Below are positions 1 to 8,941 of a stretch of 64,000 nt of DNA, piece by piece. The notes below the pieces were generated by a model that ran no database searches, was not told the DNA's origin, and was given only the letters and a program-made list of their open reading frames with translations. The stretch spans positions 536,317-600,316 of the forward strand of contig CAVUAT010000011.1 of the NCBI GenBank assembly GCA_963739545.1, read 5' to 3'. This DNA comes from an uncultured Solirubrobacterales bacterium (GTDB lineage: Bacteria; Actinomycetota; Thermoleophilia; Solirubrobacterales; 70-9). Within the stretch, counting starts at the first letter, position 1; every line of letters begins with the position of its first letter. A program made the translations under genes and the position numbers.

Positions 1-49
1 CAAGGGTTGAGGCGCCACAGCGCGTTTCGCGCGCTCCGATCGTCTCGGG

Positions 50-529
50 TCAGAGGGTGATGGCGACCGTGAGCACGGCCGCTGCCGCGAGCGCCGCGGC
101 GGTTCGGAGGTGGTTCCACGCGGTCCAACGCGTGACGTACTCGTCCCAGTAGACAGCTGCCTCGGCGTCCCCGGGGTTCAAGTCCGCGAGCCTGTCGTTC
201 ATCGGGACGTTCCCCGCCATCGTCGTCCCGATCGCGCCGACGAGATACAGCGCCGCGCCAGCCACCACCGCCGCCACGGGCCACTCACCGGGCGAAATCA
301 CAGCCCAGACGATCAGCCCGAGGCACGCGATCGCCGTGCCGAATAGGGCCGTCATGAACGCCGGGGTGATCACCACCACGTTGATCGACTGCATCGCGGC
401 GATCCCCTGCGCCGGCGGCAGCCGGCGCAGGGCGCCCATCACGAAGGTCGAGAAGGCGAAGAAGACGCCGGCGACCAGGCCGCACCCAAGCGCGGTCACG
501 ATCGCCGCCGCCTCGGCCGGACCGCTCAT
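50..529 (-). CDS. DUF1772-family (anthrone-oxygenase-like) integral membrane protein
   Basis: Last 159 codons of ORF 50..1237, starting MSGPAEAAAIVTALGCG. It has four hydrophobic segments and a GNVPMNDRL...WTAWNHLR pattern typical of DUF1772. Its ATG overlaps (ATGA) the stop of the upstream NmrA-like frame. Confidence 0.65.
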   Translation of the reverse strand: MSGPAEAAAIVTALGCGLVAGVFFAFSTFVMGALRRLPPAQGIAAMQSINVVVITPAFMTALFGTAIACLGLIVWAVISPGEWPVAAVVAGAALYLVGAIGTTMAGNVPMNDRLADLNPGDAEAAVYWDEYVTRWTAWNHLRTAAALAAAAVLTVAITL

Positions 530-1403
530 CGCGACGGGACTGCGTCGGGGTTCTGGTTCGCCTGTGTGTCGCTCGGCGTCCAGACGCCGGTGGCGGCCGC
601 GCTTCGGGCGTAGTCCTCGAAGCTCCTCGCGTCGCGGCCGAGGGCGCGACGCACGCCGTCGGTGGTGTCCGGCGTTTCGCCCGTCGACGACCTCGCTGAA
701 CAGGTAGTTGAACAGCTCGATCACCTCGGTCGGCACGCCGTGCTCGGTGAGCTCGGTTGCGTGCTCCTCGAACGAGACGGGCACGTAGCGGACCTCGCGG
801 TCCGCCGCCTCCGCGATCTCGGCCGCCGCCTCGGCGAACGTCAACGATCGCGGCCCGGTCAGCTCGTAGAGCTTGCCGATGTGCCGGTCGTCGGTGAGCG
901 CCGCAACGGCGACGTCGGCGATGTCGTCGGCGTCGACGAACGGGGTCGGAAGGTCACCGGCCGGGAGCCGGATCTCGCCGCTCAGCACGTGCTGGTGCAT
1001 GTAGTCCTCGCTGAAATTCTGCATGAACCAGGTCGAGCGCACGATCGTCAGCTCGGCGCCGGTCTCGCGCACCGCCTGCTCGCCGCGCTCGTTCTCGGGC
1101 TCGCCGCGGCCGGAGAGCAGCACCAGCCTCGGGGCCCCGCTCTCGATCGCCAGCTCGGCGAACGAGCGCACGGCCTCCAGTCGCGCCGGGGACGGCGATG
1201 TCCGGGTAGTAGCTGAGGTAGACAGACCCCACTCCATAGAGGGTGGGCGCCCACGTCGCGGCGTCCTCCCAGTCGAAGGGCGGCGCGCCAGTGCGAGAGC
1301 CGGCGCGCACGTCCAGGCCGCGCGCCTCGAGCCTCTCGGCCACCCGCCGGCCCGTCTTGCCGTTGGCCCCGAGGACCAGGATCTTGTTCGAAGTCGTCGT
1401 CAT
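526..1403 (-). pseudogene. NmrA-family NAD(P)-binding oxidoreductase with its reading frame broken twice
   Basis: The N-terminus MTTTSNKILVLGANGKTGRRVAERL (Rossmann motif) is in the frame of ORF 954..1541. The middle part ...LVLLSGRGEPENERGEQAVRETGAELTIVRSTWFMQNF... is in the frame of ORF 50..1237. The C-terminus DTTDGVRRALGRDARSFEDYARSAAATGVW... reads only in a third frame. The shifts lie near 1190-1200 and 670-680, both at short C/G runs. Confidence 0.7.
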
Positions 1404-1506
1404 CGTGTTCCTCCAATCGTTTTCATCGTGGGTCCAGTGTGGGCCGCCGGCGCGAGACTGTCTATGGCTTAGAGTCGCGAATGCATGCTCGAACGTCCAG
1501 GAAGTC

Positions 1507-2538
1507 ATGACGCGCGAGGAGTTCCGGCATACTCCGCGCATGGACCCAGCCCCACCCTCACCGCCGCCGGACCCGCTGGGCGAAGCCCTCCATTTCCTGC
1601 GAATGGACGGCGGCTACTACTGCCGCTCGGAGCTGGGCGCACCCTGGGGCATGACGCTCCACCCGATGCCCGGATACCTCTGGTTCCACGTCGCCACGAC
1701 CGGCGCCGCCCTCGTGGAGGTCGACGATGAGAACTCGAGGTGGCTGCACCCGGGCGACGTGACGCTCGTGCCGCACGGCAACGGGCACTCCCTTCGAAGC
1801 GAGCCCGGCGTCCCCGCGCCCGGGATCCTGGAGCTCGATCTCGAGCAAGCCAGCGACCGATACGACATCCTTCGCGCCGGCGAGGGAGGCACGCCGACCA
1901 CCCTGTTCTGCGGAGGCGTGCGCTTCGACCACCCGGTGGCGCGCAACCTCGTCGGGATGCTGCCGCGGATGATCCACATCCAGGGCTCCGACGGGCCCCG
2001 GGCGAGCCGGATGCACGGTGTGTTCGAGCTGATGGCGGCCGAGGCGAGGGAGTTCCAGGCGGGTGGCGAGGCGGTGATCACCCGGCTCGCGGACGTCCTC
2101 GTGATCCAGGCGATCAGATCGTGGATCGAGACCGCGCCGGCGGCGCGCGGCGGCTGGCTCGGCGCCCTGCAGGACCAGCAGATCGGGCGGGCGCTCGCGC
2201 TCATTCATCAGGATCCCGCGCGGGAGTGGACCGTCGCCTCGCTGGCGGGCGAGCTGGCGCTCTCGCGCTCGGCGTTCTCCGCGCGGTTCACCGAGCTCGT
2301 CGGCGAGCCGGTGATGCAGTACGTGACGCGGTGGCGGATGCAGGTCGCCCAGAGCGCGCTCGAGACCGAGGGCGCCACCGTCGCCGACCTGGCGAATCGG
2401 CTGGGCTACAGGTCGGAGGCCGCCTTCGCGCGCGCCTTCAAGCGCGTGACCGGCCTTCCACCCGGCGCTGTCAGGCGTCGCGCCGAGGCTCAGGCGGACC
2501 CGGCTTCCGCGCTCGCAACCGTCGCCGCACCCGCCTAG
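1507..2538 (+). CDS. AraC-family transcriptional regulator with N-terminal cupin domain
   Basis: ORF 1243..2538, with an internal ATG at 1507 (MTREEFRH). The C-terminal HTH_18 pattern is ...WTVASLAGELALSRSAFSARFTELVGEPVMQYVTRWRMQVAQ...LANRLGYRSEAAFARAFKR. It is divergent from the NmrA-like gene. Confidence 0.85.
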   Translation: MTREEFRHTPRMDPAPPSPPPDPLGEALHFLRMDGGYYCRSELGAPWGMTLHPMPGYLWFHVATTGAALVEVDDENSRWLHPGDVTLVPHGNGHSLRSEPGVPAPGILELDLEQASDRYDILRAGEGGTPTTLFCGGVRFDHPVARNLVGMLPRMIHIQGSDGPRASRMHGVFELMAAEAREFQAGGEAVITRLADVLVIQAIRSWIETAPAARGGWLGALQDQQIGRALALIHQDPAREWTVASLAGELALSRSAFSARFTELVGEPVMQYVTRWRMQVAQSALETEGATVADLANRLGYRSEAAFARAFKRVTGLPPGAVRRRAEAQADPASALATVAAPA

Positions 2539-2602
2539 CGGAGGTGGCACAAAAACAAAGGCACCCGATCGGGGGGACGCTCCGCCGGCGAGGCGGTCTA
2601 GC

Positions 2603-3709
2603 GTGGGAACCACTGCCGGCGACGCGGAGCTCACGAACATCCCGCCCGAATTGAACATCAAGGTCACGTACCCGTCCCCGGCGGACCTGCCAGGGGAGTT
2701 CCAGTCCCGGACGTTGGGGCGCCGCCTGCTGCAGGCGATCGCCGCGCTCACCGTTCTGGTCGCGGTCGTGGTGTTCGCGCCCGGGCTGGGCGAGGTCAGG
2801 GACAACCTGGCAGAGGCGAACCCTGGGTGGCTGGCCCTCGCGGCCTTGTTCGAGGCCCTCTCGTTCGCGTCCTACGTAGTCATGTTCGGCCCGATCTTCT
2901 GCACCGGGTTGAGCTGGCGGCGAAGCTGGCAGATCGGGGGCTCAGAGCTCGCGATGGGCTCGCTGATCCCGGCGAGCGGCGCCGGCGGGCTGGCGCTCGG
3001 CGCGTGGGTGCTGCACAGAGGGGGAATGGGCGGCGAGCGGATCGCGCGCCGGTCGGTCGCCTTCTTCCTGATCAAGAGCTCGGTCAATTTCATCGCGGTC
3101 GCCCTGCTGGGGACGGCGATGGCGCTCGGTGTGGTCGGCCCGGATCTTTCTCTCTGGCTGACCGCCTTCCCGGCCGCCGTGGCGACGCTGGCGCTCGCCG
3201 CGGTGGTGGCCGTGCCCCGCCTTGGTCCGGGGACCACCCCGAGCCCCGATGCCTCGCGATTTCGCCGCTGGGTCAGCGCTGCGCGGCGCGCTCTGATCGA
3301 TGGGAGCGCCGAGGCCGTCCTGATTGTTCGCTCTGGAAACAGCCGCGTGCTCGCCGGTTCATTCGGCTACTGGGCCTTCGACAACGCCGTGCTCTGGGCA
3401 ACGTTTGAAGCGTTCAGCCTCTCCGTCCCGCTGAGCGTCGTCCTGATGGGGTACCTGATCGGCCAGCTCGGCGGGCTGCTGCCGATCCCCGGCGGAATCG
3501 GCGGCATCGACGGCGGGTTGATCGGGACCCTGATCGTCTACGGGGCGCCCGCTGCGGGCACCGCGGCTGCCGTGCTCGGCTACCGCGTGATCCTCTTCTG
3601 GCTGCCGCTGATCATCGGCGCGATCGCATTCGCCGCGCTGCGCCGCGACATGCCGAGCGGCTACGAGTTCGCCTCGTGCGAGCCCGCCCTCGCCGCCCAG
3701 TCCGCGTGA
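2603..3709 (+). CDS. Flippase-like / lysylphosphatidylglycerol-synthase TM-region family membrane protein
   Basis: 368-aa polytopic membrane ORF. It has a glycine-rich GQLGGLLPIPGGIGGIDGGLIG segment typical of the LPG_synthase_TM (UPF0104) family. Confidence 0.65.
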   Translation: MGTTAGDAELTNIPPELNIKVTYPSPADLPGEFQSRTLGRRLLQAIAALTVLVAVVVFAPGLGEVRDNLAEANPGWLALAALFEALSFASYVVMFGPIFCTGLSWRRSWQIGGSELAMGSLIPASGAGGLALGAWVLHRGGMGGERIARRSVAFFLIKSSVNFIAVALLGTAMALGVVGPDLSLWLTAFPAAVATLALAAVVAVPRLGPGTTPSPDASRFRRWVSAARRALIDGSAEAVLIVRSGNSRVLAGSFGYWAFDNAVLWATFEAFSLSVPLSVVLMGYLIGQLGGLLPIPGGIGGIDGGLIGTLIVYGAPAAGTAAAVLGYRVILFWLPLIIGAIAFAALRRDMPSGYEFASCEPALAAQSA

Positions 3710-5257
3710 CTAGGCGCGCTCAGGGACTCGGTCGGGCTGAGAATCGGGCGCCAGCGGCGCGCCCGCGATCGGACACGAGAACTTCTCCCGCGGCTCGGAT
3801 GCGGGTGCGGCGGCAGCTCGGTCTCCCGCGAGACGCGGTTCGATCGTGAACCAGGCCAGGATGCCCCCGCCGGCCGCGAGGGCAGCGCAGGCGAGCATCG
3901 CTGAGTGGAAGCCATCGGTCATCGCCACCGGGTCATAGAAGGCATCGCCGGTCAGGCCCCCGACCAGCGGCAGGACAGCGACGGCGAGCAAGCCGGCCAC
4001 GCGGGACACCGCGTTGTTGATGCCGGAAGCGATGCCGGCGTTTCGCGGGTCGGCCGCCGCGAGAACCGTCGCGGTGACTGGCGCGACCACCAGCGTGAGC
4101 CCGGCGCCGAAGATCAACACTGCCGGGAGCACGCTCGAGACGTAGGAGTCACCGGGATCGATCCTCGTCATCAGCAGCAGGCTCAGCGCGACCACCAGTG
4201 GTCCCACGGTGAGGGGGATCCGCGCACCGATCCGGGTTGCCAGCGCGCCCGAACGGGCCGAGAAGACCAGCATCAGCGCCGTCACCGGCAGCGTCGCGGC
4301 GCCGGCTGCGATCGCCGAATAGCCGAGGGAGATCTGCACGAACGCGACGAAGAGGAAGAAGAAGCCGCCGATCGCCGCGTAGACGACGAACGTGACCAGG
4401 TTGGCGGCGCTGAACTGGCGGGAGGCGAAGAGCCAGAGCGGCATCATCGGCTCGGCGCTTCGCTTCTCGGCCACGATGAACGCGCCCAGCGCCAGCAGGC
4501 CTCCGATCCCCGCTACGAGGACCAGCGGCGAGGTCGCCTGTCCCGGCGCTTCGATCAGCGCGTAGGTGGTGCCGGCCAGGCCGAGGGCAGCGAGCGTCGC
4601 ACCGCGGACGTCGAGCGGCCCGGCCGCGCGGTCGTCCTTGGTCTCGGGCACGTGCCGGGTGGCCATCACCATCACGAAGATCCCGATCGGGATGTTGATC
4701 AGGAAGATCGCCCGCCACGAGACCGCGTCGACCAGGTAGCCGCCGAGCAGCGGGCCGAGCGCTGTCGCGACGCCCCCGAGGCCCGACCACGCGCCGATCG
4801 CCCGGGCTCGGTCCCCCTCTCGGAAGCTCGCCTCGATCATCGCCAGGCTCCCCGGGGTCAGCATGGCCCCGCCGACCCCCTGCAGGAGCCGGGCGGCGAT
4901 CAGCAGCTCGACGTTCGGAGCCACGGCGCAGAGCACCGACGCGACCGTGAACAAGCCCGTTCCTGCGACGAAGACGAGGCGGCGGCCGTAGCGGTCCCCA
5001 AGCGAGCCGCCGAGCAGGATCAACGACGCCAGCGTCAGCAGGTAGCCGTTCAGGATCCACTGCAGAGAGCTCGTCGACGCATCGAGGTCGCGACCGATCT
5101 CGGGCAACGCGACGTTGACGACGGTGCCGTCGAGGAACACGATCCCCGAGCCGAGGACGGCGATCGCCAGCACCCACCGCCCGCTCGTGCTCTTCAAAGC
5201 GAGCCCGTCAGAGCTCTCACTCGAGGAGGCGGCCGGATCGCCGTTCGTAGGTTGCAC
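3710..5257 (-). CDS. MFS transporter, DHA2 (EmrB/QacA, 14-TMS) type
   Basis: 515-aa ORF with MFS signatures (LDGTVVNVALPEI, GGSLGDRYGRRLVF) and about 14 hydrophobic segments. Confidence 0.85.
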   Translation of the reverse strand: MQPTNGDPAASSSESSDGLALKSTSGRWVLAIAVLGSGIVFLDGTVVNVALPEIGRDLDASTSSLQWILNGYLLTLASLILLGGSLGDRYGRRLVFVAGTGLFTVASVLCAVAPNVELLIAARLLQGVGGAMLTPGSLAMIEASFREGDRARAIGAWSGLGGVATALGPLLGGYLVDAVSWRAIFLINIPIGIFVMVMATRHVPETKDDRAAGPLDVRGATLAALGLAGTTYALIEAPGQATSPLVLVAGIGGLLALGAFIVAEKRSAEPMMPLWLFASRQFSAANLVTFVVYAAIGGFFFLFVAFVQISLGYSAIAAGAATLPVTALMLVFSARSGALATRIGARIPLTVGPLVVALSLLLMTRIDPGDSYVSSVLPAVLIFGAGLTLVVAPVTATVLAAADPRNAGIASGINNAVSRVAGLLAVAVLPLVGGLTGDAFYDPVAMTDGFHSAMLACAALAAGGGILAWFTIEPRLAGDRAAAAPASEPREKFSCPIAGAPLAPDSQPDRVPERA

Positions 5258-5610
5258 GCCCGCCCGTCGTGCCTAGGCGGTCTTGAAGATCACAGCGGGA
5301 TGAACGAAGGTGTCGACGGAGGCGACGATAACAGCGAGGGCTCGGGTCCCGGCCCCACGTGCTCGGCCCCTTCGCGCCCCCGTGGAGTGCCTTCACGATG
5401 AACTCGGCGTACCACGCCGGCCACTCCTCGTCGCGGACACCCCCGAGCTCCTCCTTCTCGTGGCGCTCAGAGGAGTAGGGTCGTCCCGAGCTACGGCTCG
5501 CACGTTGCCATCCGGCTCCGCAAAAGGCTGCCCGACTCGACGAGACGGATATCGGACTCAGGTTGGCCGGCCGCTTTCGGACTACTGCATCTGGTCACCG
5601 TCCCGGCAAA

Positions 5611-7992
5611 ATGCCCTCGACTCCCGAACCTTCCAGTGGAAGCCAGCCGCTTCAGCCTGGCGAGCCTCCCCCGCGCCGCGAGCTGCTGATCTCGAAGGGC
5701 TGGGTCCAGGCCGCCGCTCTGGTCATCCTCTTCGGCTTCTTCATCCTCGGCCTACTCGCCTACAGGAGCTACATGCACAAGCCGCCGGTGCCGGTCAAGT
5801 TCGTCGACCAGACCGGCGAGGTCGTCTACACCGGCGACGACGTCAGCGAGGGCCAGAAGGTCTTTCTCCACAACGGGCTGATGGAATACGGGTCGGTCTT
5901 CGGGCATGGGGCCTACCTCGGCCCTGACTTCACTGCCGACTACCTCCATCGCTCATCGGAGATCGTCCGCGACTCCTATGGCGGCGCTGGATCGGCCGAA
6001 GCAGAGCAGAAAACCGTCGCGGACTTCCGCACCAACACATACGACGAGGACGCAGGGACCGTCACGCTGACCGCGTCGCAGGTCGCCGCCTTCAACGAAC
6101 TCGTCCCCCACTACAGCGAGTTCTTCTCCGACCCCGACACCGATCACGGACTACGCCCAGACGCGATCACGGATCCCGTCCAGCTACGGCAGCTGACCGC
6201 ATTCTTCGCATGGACGGCGTGGGCCGCGTCCACCGAGCGACCGGGGAAGAACTACTCCTACACCAACAATTGGCCGGGGGAGACGAACGTCGACAACGCG
6301 CCGACCGCGAACGTGCTCGTCTGGTCGGCGGCTTCGCTGATCGCGTTGCTCGCCGGGATCGGCCTGCTCTTCGCGGCCTTCGGGCGGTGGGGGGACAAGC
6401 TCGGCTGGCACGGCCGCGAGCAGGCCACGCTCTCGTTCCGGCCTCCGCGCGAGGTCGCGCTGACGCCGGCCCAGCGGGCGACCGCTTGGTTCTTCTTCGT
6501 CATGGCGGCGCTGTTCTTGATTCAGACGCTCGTCGGAGCCGCCACCCAGCACTATCGCGCTGAGATCGAGGGGTTCTTCGGCTTCGACCTCGCGCAGTAC
6601 ATGCCCTACAACCTGCTGCGCACCTGGCACATCCAGCTGGCCCTGTTCTGGGTCTCCACGTCTTTCGTCGCGGCCGGGATCTTCTTGGCGCCGATGATCT
6701 CCGGGCGCGAGCCCAAGCACCAGGGCAAGCTCGCCTTCGTGCTGCTCGGAGCGTTGGCCTTCGTCGTCTTCGGCACGCTGATCGGCTCCTATCTCGGCGT
6801 GCACCACGTCCTCGAGGACGCGGCATCCAACTGGTTCGGCCTGCAAGGTTTCGAGTACCTCGACCTCGCCCGGCTCTACCAGGTGCTCCTGGCCATCGGG
6901 CTCTTCTTCTGGGTCTTCATGCTCTTCCGCGTCCTGCGCCGTCGGCTCAAGGGAGAGCACAAGGGCAACATGCCTTGGCTCTTCTTCCTCGCGGCATGCG
7001 CGATCCCGGCGTTCTACGCGGTCGGGCTGATCGCTCGCACCGGGGACAACTTCACCACTACGGAGTTCTGGCGTTTCTGGGTGGTCCACCTCTGGGTCGA
7101 GGACTTCCTCGAACTTTTCACGACGGTGATGGTCGCTTACATGTTCGTCCTGCTCGGAGTCGTACGCGAACGAGTCGCCCTGGCGATCGTCTTCCTCGAC
7201 ATCATTCTCTACTCGGCGGGCGGCGTCATCGGGACGATGCACCACCTCTACTTCTCCGGCGAACCGGCCGAGCACATGGCGCTCGGAGCATTCTTCTCTG
7301 CGATCGAGGTCATCCCCCTCACCTTTCTCACGGTTGAAGCCTGGTCGTTCCTCCAGCTCGGCGCATCGCAGGAATCCCGCTCGGAAACGCCGTTCCCACA
7401 TCGGTGGGCGGTCATGTTCCTCGTCGCGGTGGGCTTCTGGAACTTCGTCGGCGCCGGCATCTTCGGGTTCTTGATCAACCTTCCGATCGTGTCCTACTAC
7501 GAGATCGGCACCGCCCTGACCGCGAACCACGGACACGCGGCGATGATGGGTGTGTACGGGATGCTCGCTCTCGGGCTCGCGCTGTTCTGCCTCCGCTACA
7601 TCATTCCCGAGGACAAGTGGCCAGAGCGCTGGGCCAAGATCTGCTTCTGGTCGACCAACATCGGGCTGGCCTGGATGTGCTTTGCGACGCTGGTGCCGCT
7701 CGGGTTTCTTCAGCTCTATAAGTCGGTCGACAGCGGCTACTTCGCGGCGCGCGAGCTCGATTTCCTGACCAATGACACCAACAGCCTGATCGAGTGGCTG
7801 CGGCTGCCGGGTGACATCTTGTTCATCGCCGGGGGCGCTGTCCCCGCTCTCTACATCGCCTACCTCGGTATCCGCCATACGGTCAAGAAGGTGACCCTCG
7901 ATGAGCCCGACGACATTCTCTTCACCGAGATCGCGGTTCCCTCCCGCACCGACATCGATGACTCCGGGGCAGCGGCGGCCAAGCTCCTATGA
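5611..7992 (+). CDS. norB: Quinol-dependent nitric-oxide reductase large subunit (qNOR)
   Basis: ORF 5563..7992. It is a long heme-copper-oxidase-like protein with the qNOR N-terminal extension. His-ligand regions are present (GTMHHLYFSG, NHGHAAMMGVYGM, WVVHLWVE). ATG 5611 is the likely start, with 5563 as the alternative. Confidence 0.9.
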   Translation: MPSTPEPSSGSQPLQPGEPPPRRELLISKGWVQAAALVILFGFFILGLLAYRSYMHKPPVPVKFVDQTGEVVYTGDDVSEGQKVFLHNGLMEYGSVFGHGAYLGPDFTADYLHRSSEIVRDSYGGAGSAEAEQKTVADFRTNTYDEDAGTVTLTASQVAAFNELVPHYSEFFSDPDTDHGLRPDAITDPVQLRQLTAFFAWTAWAASTERPGKNYSYTNNWPGETNVDNAPTANVLVWSAASLIALLAGIGLLFAAFGRWGDKLGWHGREQATLSFRPPREVALTPAQRATAWFFFVMAALFLIQTLVGAATQHYRAEIEGFFGFDLAQYMPYNLLRTWHIQLALFWVSTSFVAAGIFLAPMISGREPKHQGKLAFVLLGALAFVVFGTLIGSYLGVHHVLEDAASNWFGLQGFEYLDLARLYQVLLAIGLFFWVFMLFRVLRRRLKGEHKGNMPWLFFLAACAIPAFYAVGLIARTGDNFTTTEFWRFWVVHLWVEDFLELFTTVMVAYMFVLLGVVRERVALAIVFLDIILYSAGGVIGTMHHLYFSGEPAEHMALGAFFSAIEVIPLTFLTVEAWSFLQLGASQESRSETPFPHRWAVMFLVAVGFWNFVGAGIFGFLINLPIVSYYEIGTALTANHGHAAMMGVYGMLALGLALFCLRYIIPEDKWPERWAKICFWSTNIGLAWMCFATLVPLGFLQLYKSVDSGYFAARELDFLTNDTNSLIEWLRLPGDILFIAGGAVPALYIAYLGIRHTVKKVTLDEPDDILFTEIAVPSRTDIDDSGAAAAKLL

Positions 7993-8594
7993 GCCCAGAG
8001 GTCGTCATGGCCGGGGGCTATGCGCTCGCGCTGGTTCTCGCAGCTTTCATTCTCGAATGGCTCTCGGCACACACCCATCGGCGTTCTTTGCGCTACCGCA
8101 CTGCCGGCTTCACCTACGACGCGGGTCACGACAACTGGCAGTGCCCCGAGGGCGAGGCTCTTTGGCCCCACGAATACGACCGCGAGAAGCGACTGGTCCG
8201 CTACCGCGCAAAGGCAGCCGTGTGCAACGCCTGTCCAATCAAGGACAGGTGCACCGACTCCGATCGCGGCCGCGAGGTCGTGCGACCGATAGATCCGTGG
8301 CCGCATTCCGAGGCCGGGCGCTTCCACCGCGGCCTCTCCGTGATGCTCGTCGGGCTTGGATTGATGATCGTCGTGGTCGAGGTCGTGCGCAATCACGCGC
8401 CGAACGAAATCGCGGCGCTGGCCGTCGTCGCGATCGTCGGCGTCGCATCCGGGTACTGGCTCGCTCGCGATCTGCGTCGGCATCCCGCCAACTTCCCGGC
8501 TCCGACCGGATCACACGGGCTCGGCCTCCCCGCGACGGCGGGCGACGGCATACGAGCTCACAGCCGCTGGGCCTCCCAGCAAGCCGAGAAGTAA
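7989..8594 (+). CDS. Membrane protein with a transposase-type Cys-rich zinc-ribbon segment, translationally coupled to norB
   Basis: Its ATG overlaps the norB stop (ATGA at 7989-7992). One N-terminal and two C-terminal hydrophobic helices flank FTYDAGHDNWQCPEGEALW...YRAKAAVCNACPIKDRCTDSDRGREVVR. That segment resembles the C-terminal region of IS1182/IS5-type transposases. Confidence 0.55.
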   Translation: MSPEVVMAGGYALALVLAAFILEWLSAHTHRRSLRYRTAGFTYDAGHDNWQCPEGEALWPHEYDREKRLVRYRAKAAVCNACPIKDRCTDSDRGREVVRPIDPWPHSEAGRFHRGLSVMLVGLGLMIVVVEVVRNHAPNEIAALAVVAIVGVASGYWLARDLRRHPANFPAPTGSHGLGLPATAGDGIRAHSRWASQQAEK

Positions 8595-8941
8595 CTGCCG
8601 ATCAGCGCCTCCGTTGCAGAAGTCACCATTGGACGACATCGAGCAAACCGCGCACGCCGCGCCGCGCGCTGTGTTCGAGTTCGCCGCCGTGGACGGGTGC
8701 AGGTCAAGGGCGTGCGTGACCCCTTGACCGTCGTGACCGCGGAGTGGTCCGAAGCTCGCCCTGGCGGTGCGGGATGCCAGGGCCGTGCCGAGGCAGAAGT
8801 GCCGGCCGCACTTGCTCCTTCGTGCGCAGGTCAAGCGTGCGCTTGGCAATCATCCCCGCCTTCGCATCGCCAATTTATTGCCACTCGCCCCGATCGACGC
8901 ACTAGCGTCTGATCCCGAAGCGAAGAAACCCCGCCACCAGG

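Noticed and set aside
5290-5480. The minus-strand reading ...SERHEKEELGGVRDEEWPAWYAEFIVKAL in the MFS/norB intergenic region resembles the C-terminal WP.WYA motif of a family of small actinobacterial proteins.
   Set aside because: The frame has no start codon and the match is only about 30 residues from memory. At best it is a gene remnant, and I cannot support it as a feature.
6184-7878. Long overlapping ORFs antisense to, or out of frame with, recognised genes. Examples are 6184..7878 versus norB, 50602..53319 versus ppdK, 16006..17073, 39610..40839, 62707..63804, 9731..11125 and 3905..5401.
   Set aside because: They are Arg/Pro/Gly-rich and low-complexity, with no recognisable motifs. Each is fully overlapped by a gene with strong family signatures. 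This is a typical high-GC artefact.
8595-8941. ORFs 8511..8849 (-), 8697..8912 (+) and 8767..9021 (+), plus a 9-bp-stem hairpin (GGTCAAGGG-N10-CCCTTGACC, 8702-8729), between the norB-coupled gene and the Pat-like gene.
   Set aside because: No frame shows a recognisable protein or convincing codon bias. The hairpin has no U-tract. The region is left as non-coding or uncertain.
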